A DNA stretch of 64,000 nucleotides from Antedon mediterranea (Eukaryota; Animalia; Echinodermata): positions 15,607,432-15,671,431 of the forward strand of contig NC_092679.1 of the NCBI RefSeq assembly GCF_964355755.1, given 5' to 3'. The notes beneath the pieces were generated by a model. That model searched no databases. It saw only the letters and a program-made list of their open reading frames with translations, and was not told the origin of the DNA. Positions 21,901 through 32,829 of this stretch are shown in pieces (the first letter of the stretch is position 1; each line of letters begins with the position of its first letter). The translations under genes and the position numbers were made by a program.

Positions 21901-24900
21901 CATTTTTTTGTCACATAACGTTTAATAGTGCAGAGAGAGAATGTAACATTCATTAAATTACTATTAATCATTACAGGTGATATAATTGGATGTTGCGTTG
22001 AATACTTCAGTAGTAAACAGGTTCTACGATTTACTAACAATGGTCAGCTTGTTGGAAAAGCAATCATAAGTGGCACAGAAACTGACCTTTTTCCATGTCT
22101 TGGATTCCGTGGTGAACAAAGTACGGTTAATGTGGTATGGCCGGAAAATAAACCAAATATCCCTTCTTTCAATCAGGTATGCATTGGTCAGATGTTTGCT
22201 TTACTCAGTACATTGAGAACTATTTGCAAATAAAACTCCTGAATGGGATTCGAACCCACAACCTCCAGATCACATAGCCTGGTATCTATTTTAAATTTAC
22301 ATAAAGAAGTTAGATATCAAAGGTTAACATTATAGATCAGACAAATAGATTGTAATTTTTTGTTTCTGTATCCACCATTTATACCTACGTGAATTGCTGC
22401 CATATTTAAAGTATGACAATCCTTATCCTGCATATTTCTAGAAGAAGAGGGAATAATTTTATTGACTGTGTTCACAAATCATACTTTGGCTAAGGGTAAC
22501 ATTTCACTGAATACCATTATGGCAATCTAACAACATGAAACTGAGCTCGCCTTGCCAAGATAGAAACTTGTAACGGTCCTTTCATCTTATGTCTGGCTGC
22601 AACAAATACCAAAAGTACTGTACTATGTTCATATTCTCCTTGATGTGCGATGTCCGCTAAGGAGCGTGGAAGTGACCATGTTGCAGCCACAGATAAACCC
22701 TTTGATCTCTGAAGCTCAGCATCCTGTTTTTAGATTGCCTTAATACCACTAACAGAAATTCTTATATATTTATTGCCAATACCTTGTGAAGTAATATCTC
22801 ACTTACTGTAAGTGTGATTGGTGGAACAGATGTCATTTATAATTTCCCCTCTTCTTTTGTAGGCAAGCCTTTCAAATTGGGTGATGTCACCAAAGCTGTC
22901 TATCAATGGTTTTTCAATATTTGTTGAGAATAAAACGAGAAAGTTAAAACCTTTGGTTTTAAGATCTCCTATACCACTATCAAAAGGTACAGTATTCATA
23001 GTGACATAGCCTTGCAACATGTACGTTTCACAATCTATATGTCCTATGTAATTGCATATTGTAACCTCATGCTGACTGCAGCCCTGACAGAATCTAGAGC
23101 ATGTCAAATATTTCAGATACACTAACATTTTTAAATATAACAGTAGATATTAATTTTAGAACATTTTCTCTATTAAATCTAGATTGGAAATATTTTGAGG
23201 TCAAAGTTGACAGTGGTGCTCTTCCATCCTTTGATCAAGAGCTAAGCAAAGCTCCAGCTGTAGCTCTGACTAACGACATGTCCAATCGCATTCACAAACA
23301 CCTCGCACACGACAAAGAATCGCGATACGTACGTTTAGGCTTCCGAAAGAAATCCTTCTACTGGCGAAACGATGTAGAACTTCTTACAAAAGAATCAAAC
23401 AAAGATATGATGACCGAGTTGCAGTCATATGTTAAGGTCGGGGACACAATAGGGTTTGGGGTGTTGTATTCAGGTGCAATAAAAGCAGCAGACGATCGGG
23501 CTGAACAGGCTGTGATGGTTTATTGTTGTATCAATGGGCGTGTTGTGTTTCACAAACCAGTAATGCAGCCTGTAGGAGGGTTCTATCCTTCTATTACGCT
23601 ATATAAAAAAGGTGAATATAAAATATTAAATAAGATTCAGAATATCATTGTTTATTATTCATGAATATGCATAAACATCGTCACTATTTGTGCATTCATT
23701 AAAATGCATAAACATCATCACTGGGTATGCATTCACGAATATGCATGAACATCATCACTATTTATTTATAATCATAACTTTACTTAAATTTACAGGTGAC
23801 AGAATGACAATAAATCACATGAGTGAACCACCTGTAGATCAGCTTTCATCTGATTGGTCAACTGAATTAATATCATGGACTGAGCAACTTATGGCTATTA
23901 AAAAATCACAAGGTAAGGACCACTTTTTTCTTGTGCATTTTACAAACTCCTACCATAGAGGTATAAAATCTCCGTCTCCATGCTCCGACTGTTCATACAT
24001 TGTAAATATAAATTTTGTTATGTTTTCAGAACCGAAATTGACAAATGATGACAGAAGACGAAGGGTAGCAGAATCAGTGACCCGACCTGAGAATCATTTA
24101 AATAAAGTTCATGTGTATGTACATTGTGATGAACCTCGTTACACAGAAACGACACACATACAAGCAGGGTGAGGCTGTCATTTAACATGTTGTGCTTTAG
24201 TGTTTTAGGATAGAAATTGTCCAAACCTAAAGCTTGTTTGTGTATGATAATTTGTTTTACATTTCTCCCAGGCTGGATACTCTAGGATTCCAAACCTCCA
24301 TGCTTGAAAAATCTGTTGCGACCAAACATTCAAATATCACAGAAGCGTTGCAGTCCTCAAATTGTGTGGTTTTATGTCTCGGTCCAGAGATTATCAAATC
24401 ACCGGCGGCTTCGTTTCTACTTCAACAAGCTAAAGAGGGTGGTAAACCTGTTATTCCTGTTTGTCTTAACAACATAGCTTGGCCACCAGAGGGCGATGTT
24501 GGCAATCGTTTAAAGCAGTTGACAGCTCATAAGATTGGTAAGATAATTTAATTAAAATTATGATGTTATAATGTTTCTGGCAATCATATCTATGTGGAAA
24601 CCAGGAGCTAGAAGAAACGATGAAATAAATTAAATAAATGAAGGCTAAGCAAAATGTAGAGAACATGCTGTTTAATATTTCAGCCCATATTGATGATACA
24701 GATATCTCAAAATTTAGGAAAATAATTTGAAAAGTATGGACGTTATCGTTTGAATCAAATTGTATGAACGCTAGTGTTAATTCTTTGATCATGGCCATTA
24801 ATCGCCATGTTCTTGATGTGTCAAGAATGCATACAGTGGAATTATTTCTTGCATTGACTTTACATACATATTTTGTCTGTTACCCTTTACAATGATTTCT

Positions 24901-26430
24901 TGGATTAATCTTCTTTCTTTCGATATGGATATATTACGTAACATCATGGTATTCAGAAATAAAAAGATGAATGACTGAGTAATGAATAAACAAGCAAGTA
25001 ATATACTATTCAACAAGAGGTACCTACTCCTGTGTTGAGTCATTGGTTTTCTCTTAGGCTATTTGCCAAATTTGTAATAAATAGATAAATAAAGTTGAAA
25101 TAAAAATATTTTGATGAATAGATAATGTAATTAGCTAATAATCAACGTTAATGTCAACAAAATACATCAACTATTTATTAAGTTATGAACAATAAAGTGC
25201 ATCACTATAAAATGGCGGCCATTTTTGCCGCCATCTTGGATTTCAAGGTGGCCGCAGTAAATTTGCAACGGCACACCTCGTGATTATTGAATTTGTGTCT
25301 AAGGATATTAGCTAACAAAAAAAGTTGGTGTGCTGAGTGTGTAGAAACATGGCAATGGGAGCTCTCTAAACAAGCTATTGGACCTCCGCTTATTCTTTGC
25401 ATATTATAATACTGTCACATCTATAAAATAGAGAAACTGGTCAGAGGAAGAAGAATTCAGAAAAACAGCAACAGGGGATTGAAAAACTGGGTCAAGAGAG
25501 ATGGAAAGAAACCATAATGAATTTTTGCATTTTCTTTTTTTAATTTACAGATATTTCAGAAGAGCATTATGAGTGGAGTATTGAACAAATTGGTAAATTA
25601 GCTGAAAATCTTAATGGCAAGGGGTTCAATGGGCAAGAGATAGTTGTTAAAGAGGGAGAAGCAGCAAAGATATTTTACACAGATGCACAGGTTAGTAACT
25701 AGCAACATGAGTCATAGTGCATAAAATACTTCTCAATTATCAACATTCTATTGACCAGGTGTCATAAGAAATGCCGATTGGTTTGTGAGATAACACACTT
25801 GATCACATGCTCATAGATATGAGCATGTGATCATTATGCTGTGTTGCTCTACTAGTCTTTTGATGATAATTGCTGTACTGCATATTCCTGAAATGTACAA
25901 TGATTTGGTACAATTTAGAACACCTCTCTACTTTTGTAGAATCAAGTAATGCACAAGACTGTAGCCATGAGTCATTTTTCTTTTTAAAAAAGGGGCAAGT
26001 GCAAGCGTAAGCAACAAAAAATAAATGTAGGTCTAGTCTAGTAGAAGGAAGTAATTTGTCTGCTGGATAAGTATAGTATATATAGTATATATAAAAGTTA
26101 GTAATTAGCACTCTCACTGATGGTCTCTGTTTGAAAAGGGCACTTTCGAGGCCTACGAATCCCCTAGCTACAGACAGCTACAGCACAGACAAGTGTTGAA
26201 CCCATGCTTTACACATGTTAGTTAATAGGTTATTGAATGATTTCTTTTAATTCTAGACGGGTGATGAAACTGAAAACAAACCCAGTGACCCTCAAGCTTT
26301 TAAACGAGCAGTAGAAGAAGCAGATCGAATGAACAATTCATTTGGAAATTCAAAGGCAATGGATGAACCACCAATTGCATACGAAAGGAGGCAAGGAAAA
26401 CCAAAATCAAAGGCATGTTGTATATTGTGA
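15955..26430 (+). CDS. SPRYD3-like protein: four SPRY domains + TIR-like domain + C-terminal CaaX (17 coding exons, ~1031 aa)
   Basis: Exons 15955-16123, 16893-17078, 17216-17412, 18243-18357, 18702-18872, 20008-20211, 20401-20502, 20920-21129, 21278-21430, 21977-22176, 22863-22986, 23183-23611, 23796-23912, 24030-24168, 24272-24537, 25551-25690, 26257-26430. They join into one open frame of 3096 nt with all GT-AG introns. SPRY motifs: YYEITL, GDVIGLGL, VVVYFTRNG...PSGGFYPTIG (very like SPRYD3), GDIIGCCV, YFEVKV, GDTIGFGV...PVGGFYPSI. Ends KPKSKACCIL*. Confidence 0.85.
16325..16809. mobile_element. Non-autonomous piggyBac-like element
   Basis: TTAA|CACATTGACTGCCA ... TGGCAGTGAACGTG|TTAA: 14-bp TIR with 2 mismatches and a TTAA duplication. 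Confidence 0.65.
17633..18126. mobile_element. MITE family B (~490 bp, Harbinger-like), copy 1
   Basis: TIR GGGGTTTCGCAATCTTACGAATACGATAACG / CGTTATCGTATTCGTAAGGTTGCGAAACCTCCC. A close inverted copy lies at 18997-19483. Confidence 0.85.
18997..19483. mobile_element. MITE family B, copy 2 (inverted relative to copy 1)
   Basis: AGGGAGTTTTCGCAACCTTACGAATACGATAACG...CGTTATCGTATTCGTAATATTGCGAAAACTCCC. The interior is the reverse complement of copy 1. Confidence 0.85.
19640..19752. mobile_element. MITE family A partial copy
   Basis: GACATGATGATGTCATATCACTACCATATTTGG...AGTTTGATAGTGTAAACAGAGCTTTA. Confidence 0.75.
19794..19928. mobile_element. pogo/Tigger-like MITE; a related copy lies at ~27680-27840
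   Basis: AGTCAACTCTCC...GGAGAGTTGACCGTA termini. The interior (CCATTAAAAACACATT...GACTTTCTGGAAAACCAGACA) recurs inverted at ~27745-27800. Confidence 0.6.
20550..20870. repeat. Degenerate short-period tandem repeat (TAGCATGATGGTAGTGCTA-like)
   Basis: Repeated GCATGATG/GTAGTGCTA modules fill most of this intron. Confidence 0.75.
21813..21935. mobile_element. MITE family A degenerate copy
   Basis: AAGCTCTGTCTGCACTA...GTTTGACAAAAAAA...GACATCATGTCCATATATGGTCACATCGCATTTTTTTGTCACATAA. Confidence 0.7.
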
Positions 26431-29400
26431 TGTCTGTACCACACTCTTCCACCTTGTTTAAGTACTGTATTAGAAATATTGTTTGTAAGAAGAGTGGTAA
26501 CGGTAATCGGAAAACTGCATAGCTTGTCCCACATAGAATTTGTATCTGTTTTGAGTGGAAATCGCCCGTCCGCTCCGTGCTTTGTGTAAATGGTCATAAG
26601 GAATAGAATAGATTCTATAATTTTATTACTGTTACCGCTCGCCTGTGTAAATAAGAATTACTAACATTTTGCAATGTGGTTGAATCAAGATAATAGTGTA
26701 GCATTTTTTTACCATTAGTTAGTATACAAAAAATGGATATTTATGAGTGAAATGGTACAAATAATTTCATGAGGTGAAAGATGAAATTCCATTTCCACGT
26801 GATGACAGCAAAAAGTACTATTAAACGATGTGACCAACAATCATTCAACAAAATGACAGGAATTTATTTAGGTGTTATATAATATGACTTGGTTATTATT
26901 GCATAATTCAGAAATAAAATAATTAATGTTTATGACTTGAATCATGGAGAAAGAATGAAGAGAATATTTTCATAAGTTGAAAGATTGACTGTACTATTCA
27001 ATGAGGGATATAGGATAGTTAATCTTTTAACTAATGCAATATTCTTTCCATTCATTCTTTATTTGCTACACAAAATTCGCAAAATGTTTAGAAAAAGCTG
27101 GATGTGCAATAGAGCCTTTAAATAGAATGCGGTAGAACGGATAAATTGGGTACACTGTGTATTTTATTATATAATATAAACTGAAAATATAAAGAAATAT
27201 ATCAAATGTGTGTAATTTCTGTATATATTAATTTATAATTACCTTATGATCACCGCTATCTTTCTTACGTTAAACAGTAGTTCTTCCAAAAGAAGTCTCA
27301 AAATAGATTTTACAATGTAGTAATAAATTTTGATCATAAAGACACTATCATGAATAGATTATACGCTATACATAAATAATGTTTAGTTCATTTAATCTTC
27401 ATTAATTATGAAATTGCAAAAAAAGGGAAAGAGAATACTAACCACAACATGTAAAATGAATCTTGGTCATCATTTCATAAATAATTTTACTCTATGTGTA
27501 GCAGTCTACCATAGAGTTACTATTAAACAAAGAGAGTCAACTAAACGATAATGAGATGATGCAAACAAGGCAAGAGATCATTTCGTTTATTTCGTCTTTT
27601 ATAAATAATAAAAAATCACAAGGTACAGAGCACTTTAGGGGGTAGACGGGATTGTCAAAAAGTGAAACAAAACACTATCGAGTGACTCTCCTCAAAGGGA
27701 TGGGCATATATCTATGTATACCGGACACCTTTTGGCTGGTCTAACATGTCTGGTTTTCCAGAAAGTCTGGTATTCGGAATGTGTTTTTAATGGTAAAAAT
27801 GAATTTAAGAAAAGTCTGGTTTTAGATGAGTTTCTGTATATAATATTTAATTTAAAGAAAACACAAATCATAACACATTTTTCCAATCCAATTTGGTCAA
27901 TCAAATCCTCATCATTCATACTATCATAAATGTAAACAGATTTCCCAAACAATGTTTATAACATATAACAAAAAAGTGCCGTAATGAGTTCTATATTCAT
28001 GCACCATAATTACAAATATCGAATATGAATTTGTACCAGCTGCTAAATTGAATTAATTTTGAGTACAGTTAATTGACTTGAATAGACTACTTACGGCAAC
28101 ACTTTAGCCTGCTTTCAGACAGTAGTGTAGACATAAGAAAACAAAGTCCAAATTGTATGAGAAAATTGCAACATAGAATTTATGGCTTGTGTTATCAAAT
28201 ATTATTTTGAAAGGAGTTGTATCTTGTTTTTATTGATCATTATATCTATTAAACTATTTATAATGTTCAAATGTGATTTATTCTGAATGTAATCACTAAT
28301 TTGTTATTATGAGAGTGTAGATATTGCAGTACTAAGAGAAAGTGGGCCTAGAATTAATTTACAGACACAGGCACATAGGCACCAGTTTTTGGCAGGACAC
28401 TGAATAATACTATAGGATCTTTCTAGCACACCAATTAATACTACTGTATAACATGCCTCAACAAGAATATTATTTACAAAATATCTAAAAACTGCCATAT
28501 TAGTATTTATTTAGGAGAGGGTTCATGGACTATATTATCATTATATGCAGTAGTATTAGTAATAATATTACTAGTTAAAATCAATATTTTATTAATTAAA
28601 TATTTTTTGTAATTAATACAAAGTTAAATTATGAAAAAAGGGTAATTTTAATATAGAAAAGTGATGTAACTTAACATTTTCGTGTAAATATTATTTCTTA
28701 TGTGACTGAGTGTGTTGTTTGTATTGTATTTCTACCTCAATTAAGTTAGTTTTTTTTTTTTTAAATGTCTTTCATTTATTAGTTATTTACTAGATTGTAA
28801 TATAATACGATAAATCATTATAATCGTCAAACAAATTCTATAGCAGTGAGTTAAAATCGAAATGCTGCAAATATATACTGTTCAAAATTGTACCAATTAT
28901 ATTTATGTGTGATGTTCTTATTGATCCAATTATATTTTTTACTTTTTTCTTTATTTTTTATCAAATCAGGAAAAAAGAACATCACCTATTAATACATTAT
29001 TATTATAAATAAATTTTTAATATTAATTAACATTTCTGTTCATTTTAAGTTGATAACTTTCATTAGTTTTGTTTTATAAACAATTATAATCATTTGTTAA
29101 ATATTTTATTTTAAACCCAAATTAGTTTACAATCCAAGAAATGAAGTAGTATGAACGGTATTTTTGTTCAATGTGCATTACATGTGAACAATCTAAATTC
29201 ATGTACCTCGTAGTTGTTTTTCTTTTTTAATGTTCATTTTCTTCTTTTATAGTATTTATATTGTGTATGCATGTTTCATATTGGAGCAGATTAGAGCAAA
29301 GGCTGCTACACACTTAGCACAATAACAATCGACGATAAAATAGATAAACGTACATTTTTCTTACAGAAATTAGAACAGTTTACATTCTAAAGAACACAAC

Positions 29401-31424
29401 ACATTTTTTTTTCAAAATTCAATAAATGACGTCATAATAAATACATCGTATCGTCACGTTCTTACTGATCAACTAATCATGTCAATTCAAGTTTTTTTTA
29501 GATAGTAAATAATATTGTATATATTATTTCTAATGCGTGCAGTTGGTACCTTGTTGATAATATTGAAAACAATACTGTTGTTTATTATATAATTATTTGT
29601 ATAAATAAAAATAAATGGATACATAGGGATAGGGATTTTAATTGTTAACTAAAATTGTTCAAGAAACATATCAACATGTAATGTTCGACGGGAATTGGAT
29701 AAATCAATCATTATTATAATATAACTAATAACGATTTGACGATGGTTATTCATGAATTTGTAAAATAAGCCTTAAAAATGATAATTATTGTTGCGCTCGA
29801 CGTGAATTGGATAAACCAATCATATTAGACCATAATCTTGTAATGAATTTGAATGAATAGCTATTCATGAATTTGTAAAAATATAGGCCTACTATCGAGA
29901 ACGAAATTAAACGTGTGCATAAATAATGCGTTGTAGTCTGCTATACTGTATTTAGTTAGTCCGAGTGTTGGATATAGAAGAAAAAATAATTTATACATCA
30001 TTAGTTCATGGATAAAGTTTTATTTTATTGTAATTTTGGACCAGGTTCCGACATACTGTTTTATAACTCGCACATCACAAAATGTTTTTCTTCATCTTTC
30101 GGGCATCTGCCTTCATTCTCCGACCTTATGATTATATTTTTTAATTCGTTTACATATTTGTATTTTCTTATCATTTTTTGTCAGAGTTTGTAAATTAAAT
30201 TGTATGAAATGAAGGGGAAGAAACATTAATGGGACAATAGAGTAGCCCTATCGAGCCTACTTTAGATAAAATATCATTCAGGTCAATCATCAAATTTGTT
30301 TCTGCAAAACAATGGTGATGAGTAAAGCGTAAATACTATATTTATTTTATGTGTTTTAACTAATTGATATATTGTATTGTAGGCCTATGCCTATTTCGAT
30401 CGAACGAATCCGTCATCAAACTAATGTAGGCCTACGATTAGTATTATTCGTCAGGGATCTACCGTAACATCTTTAAACACGTATTTTAACTCGCTTTAAA
30501 GATATCTTGACTGTAATTAATTCATATTGGTTTGAAGGTACGATTACCCTGAGCCAGGCAGCCTTATGTCATCTGATCTGATTTAATTAATGACTTTTAC
30601 TATATCAATTTCAGTGAATTAATTTACTTCTAAATAGTATTACGGATTCGGCATTAAATGTCGCGGTTGATTGCAATTTTAACTATCGTACGTATAATTA
30701 AACTGCACTACATTGTCACGTCCTTGCCGGGTTAACGCGATTTGTTTTGTGTTGTTAAGTTTAGTGTCAACATAAGGTTGTTTGATACAACAAATAGACT
30801 CACCGCAGCCGTGCAATATTTACCAAGTTATTGATTGTTATGATTCCGACTGGAATAGACGTGATTTTCAGATTGTATTAACCGGTAGAAACCGTATAAG
30901 TACAATCAATTACGCGGTTAAAGTTAGTTGTCAAGAGAGGGATGCATTTAGGCATTTATTACCTCTTTACTCATTCCTATCATAATTAGACCTCATAAGT
31001 ACCGTAATTAAAATGATTATTAATTCGTGTTTTTCTATTTTAACTATATTTAAAAGTAAAAATAGAATTCTTTGGAAAGTTGTTCAAATTTACTACCGGT
31101 AGGCCAAGCATCGGTTGTCCTGTTACAGCACGTTTAGTCACATTCACTGTTTACTAAATCAAACGTCTTCATTTACCCCTAACACCCGGGGGGTAAACTT
31201 TAAATTGTGGTTGGTTTGTTAATAGGTTTTAAATAAACACAGTGAATGTGAAGATCGATGGTCTATGACAAGAGGTAAATAACACCTAGATGACAATGTG
31301 TTCTCACATTTTGTTATATTGTCACCATATTTATTTACTGTTAGTAACATATCCAGGGTATCAAACAACGGGTGGAAGTTCAGAAAACAACACTCAAGTT
31401 AAGACCGGGAGAAGCGGGATTAAT

Positions 31425-31795
31425 GGACGGAGTATAGGAGGGATTGGAATAATTGACGGATCGAGAGGAGGGCTGGAATGGTGGAGATGAGGGGTTGGAA
31501 TGGTGGACAGGGAGGGGTTGAAATGGTGGACAGGGAGGGTTGAAATGGTGGACAGGGAGGGTTGGAATAGTGGAGGAGCCAGAATAATGGGAGTAGCGGG
31601 GAGAGGATGGAATAATGGACAGATCGAGAGGAGGGTTGGAATGGTGGAGATGAAGGGTTGGAACGGTGGAAAGGAGGGATTGGAATGGTGGAGAGGGAGG
31701 AGCGGGCATGGTGGAAGGGGCGGGCACGGTGGAAGGGAGGAGCGGGAATGTTGGACAGAGAGGAACGTGAATGGTGGAAGGGAGGAGCGGTTTGA
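31425..31795. repeat. Purine/G-rich minisatellite (GGGTTGGAATGGTGGAnAGGGAG-like units)
   Basis: Many copies of TGGAATGGTGGA variants with strong G+A strand skew. This repeat produces the Pro/Gly-rich ORFs in the track. Confidence 0.85.
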
Positions 31796-32829
31796 CTGAA
31801 TCGCCAAGGTATGATAATTTGATAAATGAATTCAATCAAGCTAAAATTATTTTTATTCATTTGTTAAAACATTCTACAAAGTTCGAGCGACCTTTATCTC
31901 TCAATAAATGTAAGCCTACAGAAAATACACATTTCCAACTAATTATTTACGTAACAAAAAACCCTCGCCGGCATTGACCAAAGTAAACTATCCATACAAA
32001 AAAGAATGTATTAGGCCTAATTTCAGCCATTGTGGCAATTTCAAAAGCTTCACTGAATTGTTTGCCGTGTGGTTTCCGAAATGTATTGTTTCGCAAATAT
32101 CTGTGTATATACATGACGTTGTCGCATTCCTATTTTTACGTTTTCTGCGACACTGCATTTATATTAGGCTGGGTTTTTGTAATCTCAACGTAGGCTATAG
32201 ACTGTCTATGACGAATATCCACAACGATTCCATAGACCTAACTCGTCATCTTTGCACAATCTGGGATTCATGCCCGGTGTTTACGCTTCCTGATTATTGG
32301 ATCCAAGCTTAATATATGAAACATTGGTATTATAAATAAAATCATAACTAACCTTGTCGTATTAACTTTTACTACCCTGTGTGTATGTCGAAAGTTATTA
32401 TTTATACCTTTGTTTCTTTTTCTTGTCTTTCTGTTAGAACTGCGGATATTCAATCCATTTAAAATGCACACCTGTAACAGTCTAATTTGAATAAAACGCA
32501 AGTGAACGTTACAGCATTGAAAACGTACCCAACAAAAAAACGCACCATTTTGTTAAACAGTTCGTATAATTTTAGGTAGTACTGTATTTTAAAAATAAAT
32601 TACCGAGTCTAGGATGCTGTAATTAATAAACAAAATTCACAACATATTTTCTAGAGCATAGTGTCATTTCATAAACATTTACAAACTGACGTCAAAGGGA
32701 CATAACGTAGAATACGAACTTTAGACAATGATTGTTGAGGAACGATGAGAAACCCGTATGCTATCTCTTCCACGTCCGTATATATCTGACGGACTGATAC
32801 CATAATTACGGCAACCGACGTAACAAACG

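Noticed and set aside
22522-22720. Possible structured RNA (CTGAGCT/AGCTCAG and TGGCTGCAACA/TGTTGCAGCCA pairings)
   Set aside because: Short discontinuous stems, more simply a decayed MITE. No family motif recognised.
24560-25400. Coding-like or transposase remnant in a SPRY-gene intron
   Set aside because: Short ORFs with no recognisable motif. Probably old repeat debris that I cannot classify.
31290-31860. Pro-rich and Gly-rich ORFs in several frames
   Set aside because: Open in many frames on both strands because of the G-rich minisatellite. No splice-consistent partners.
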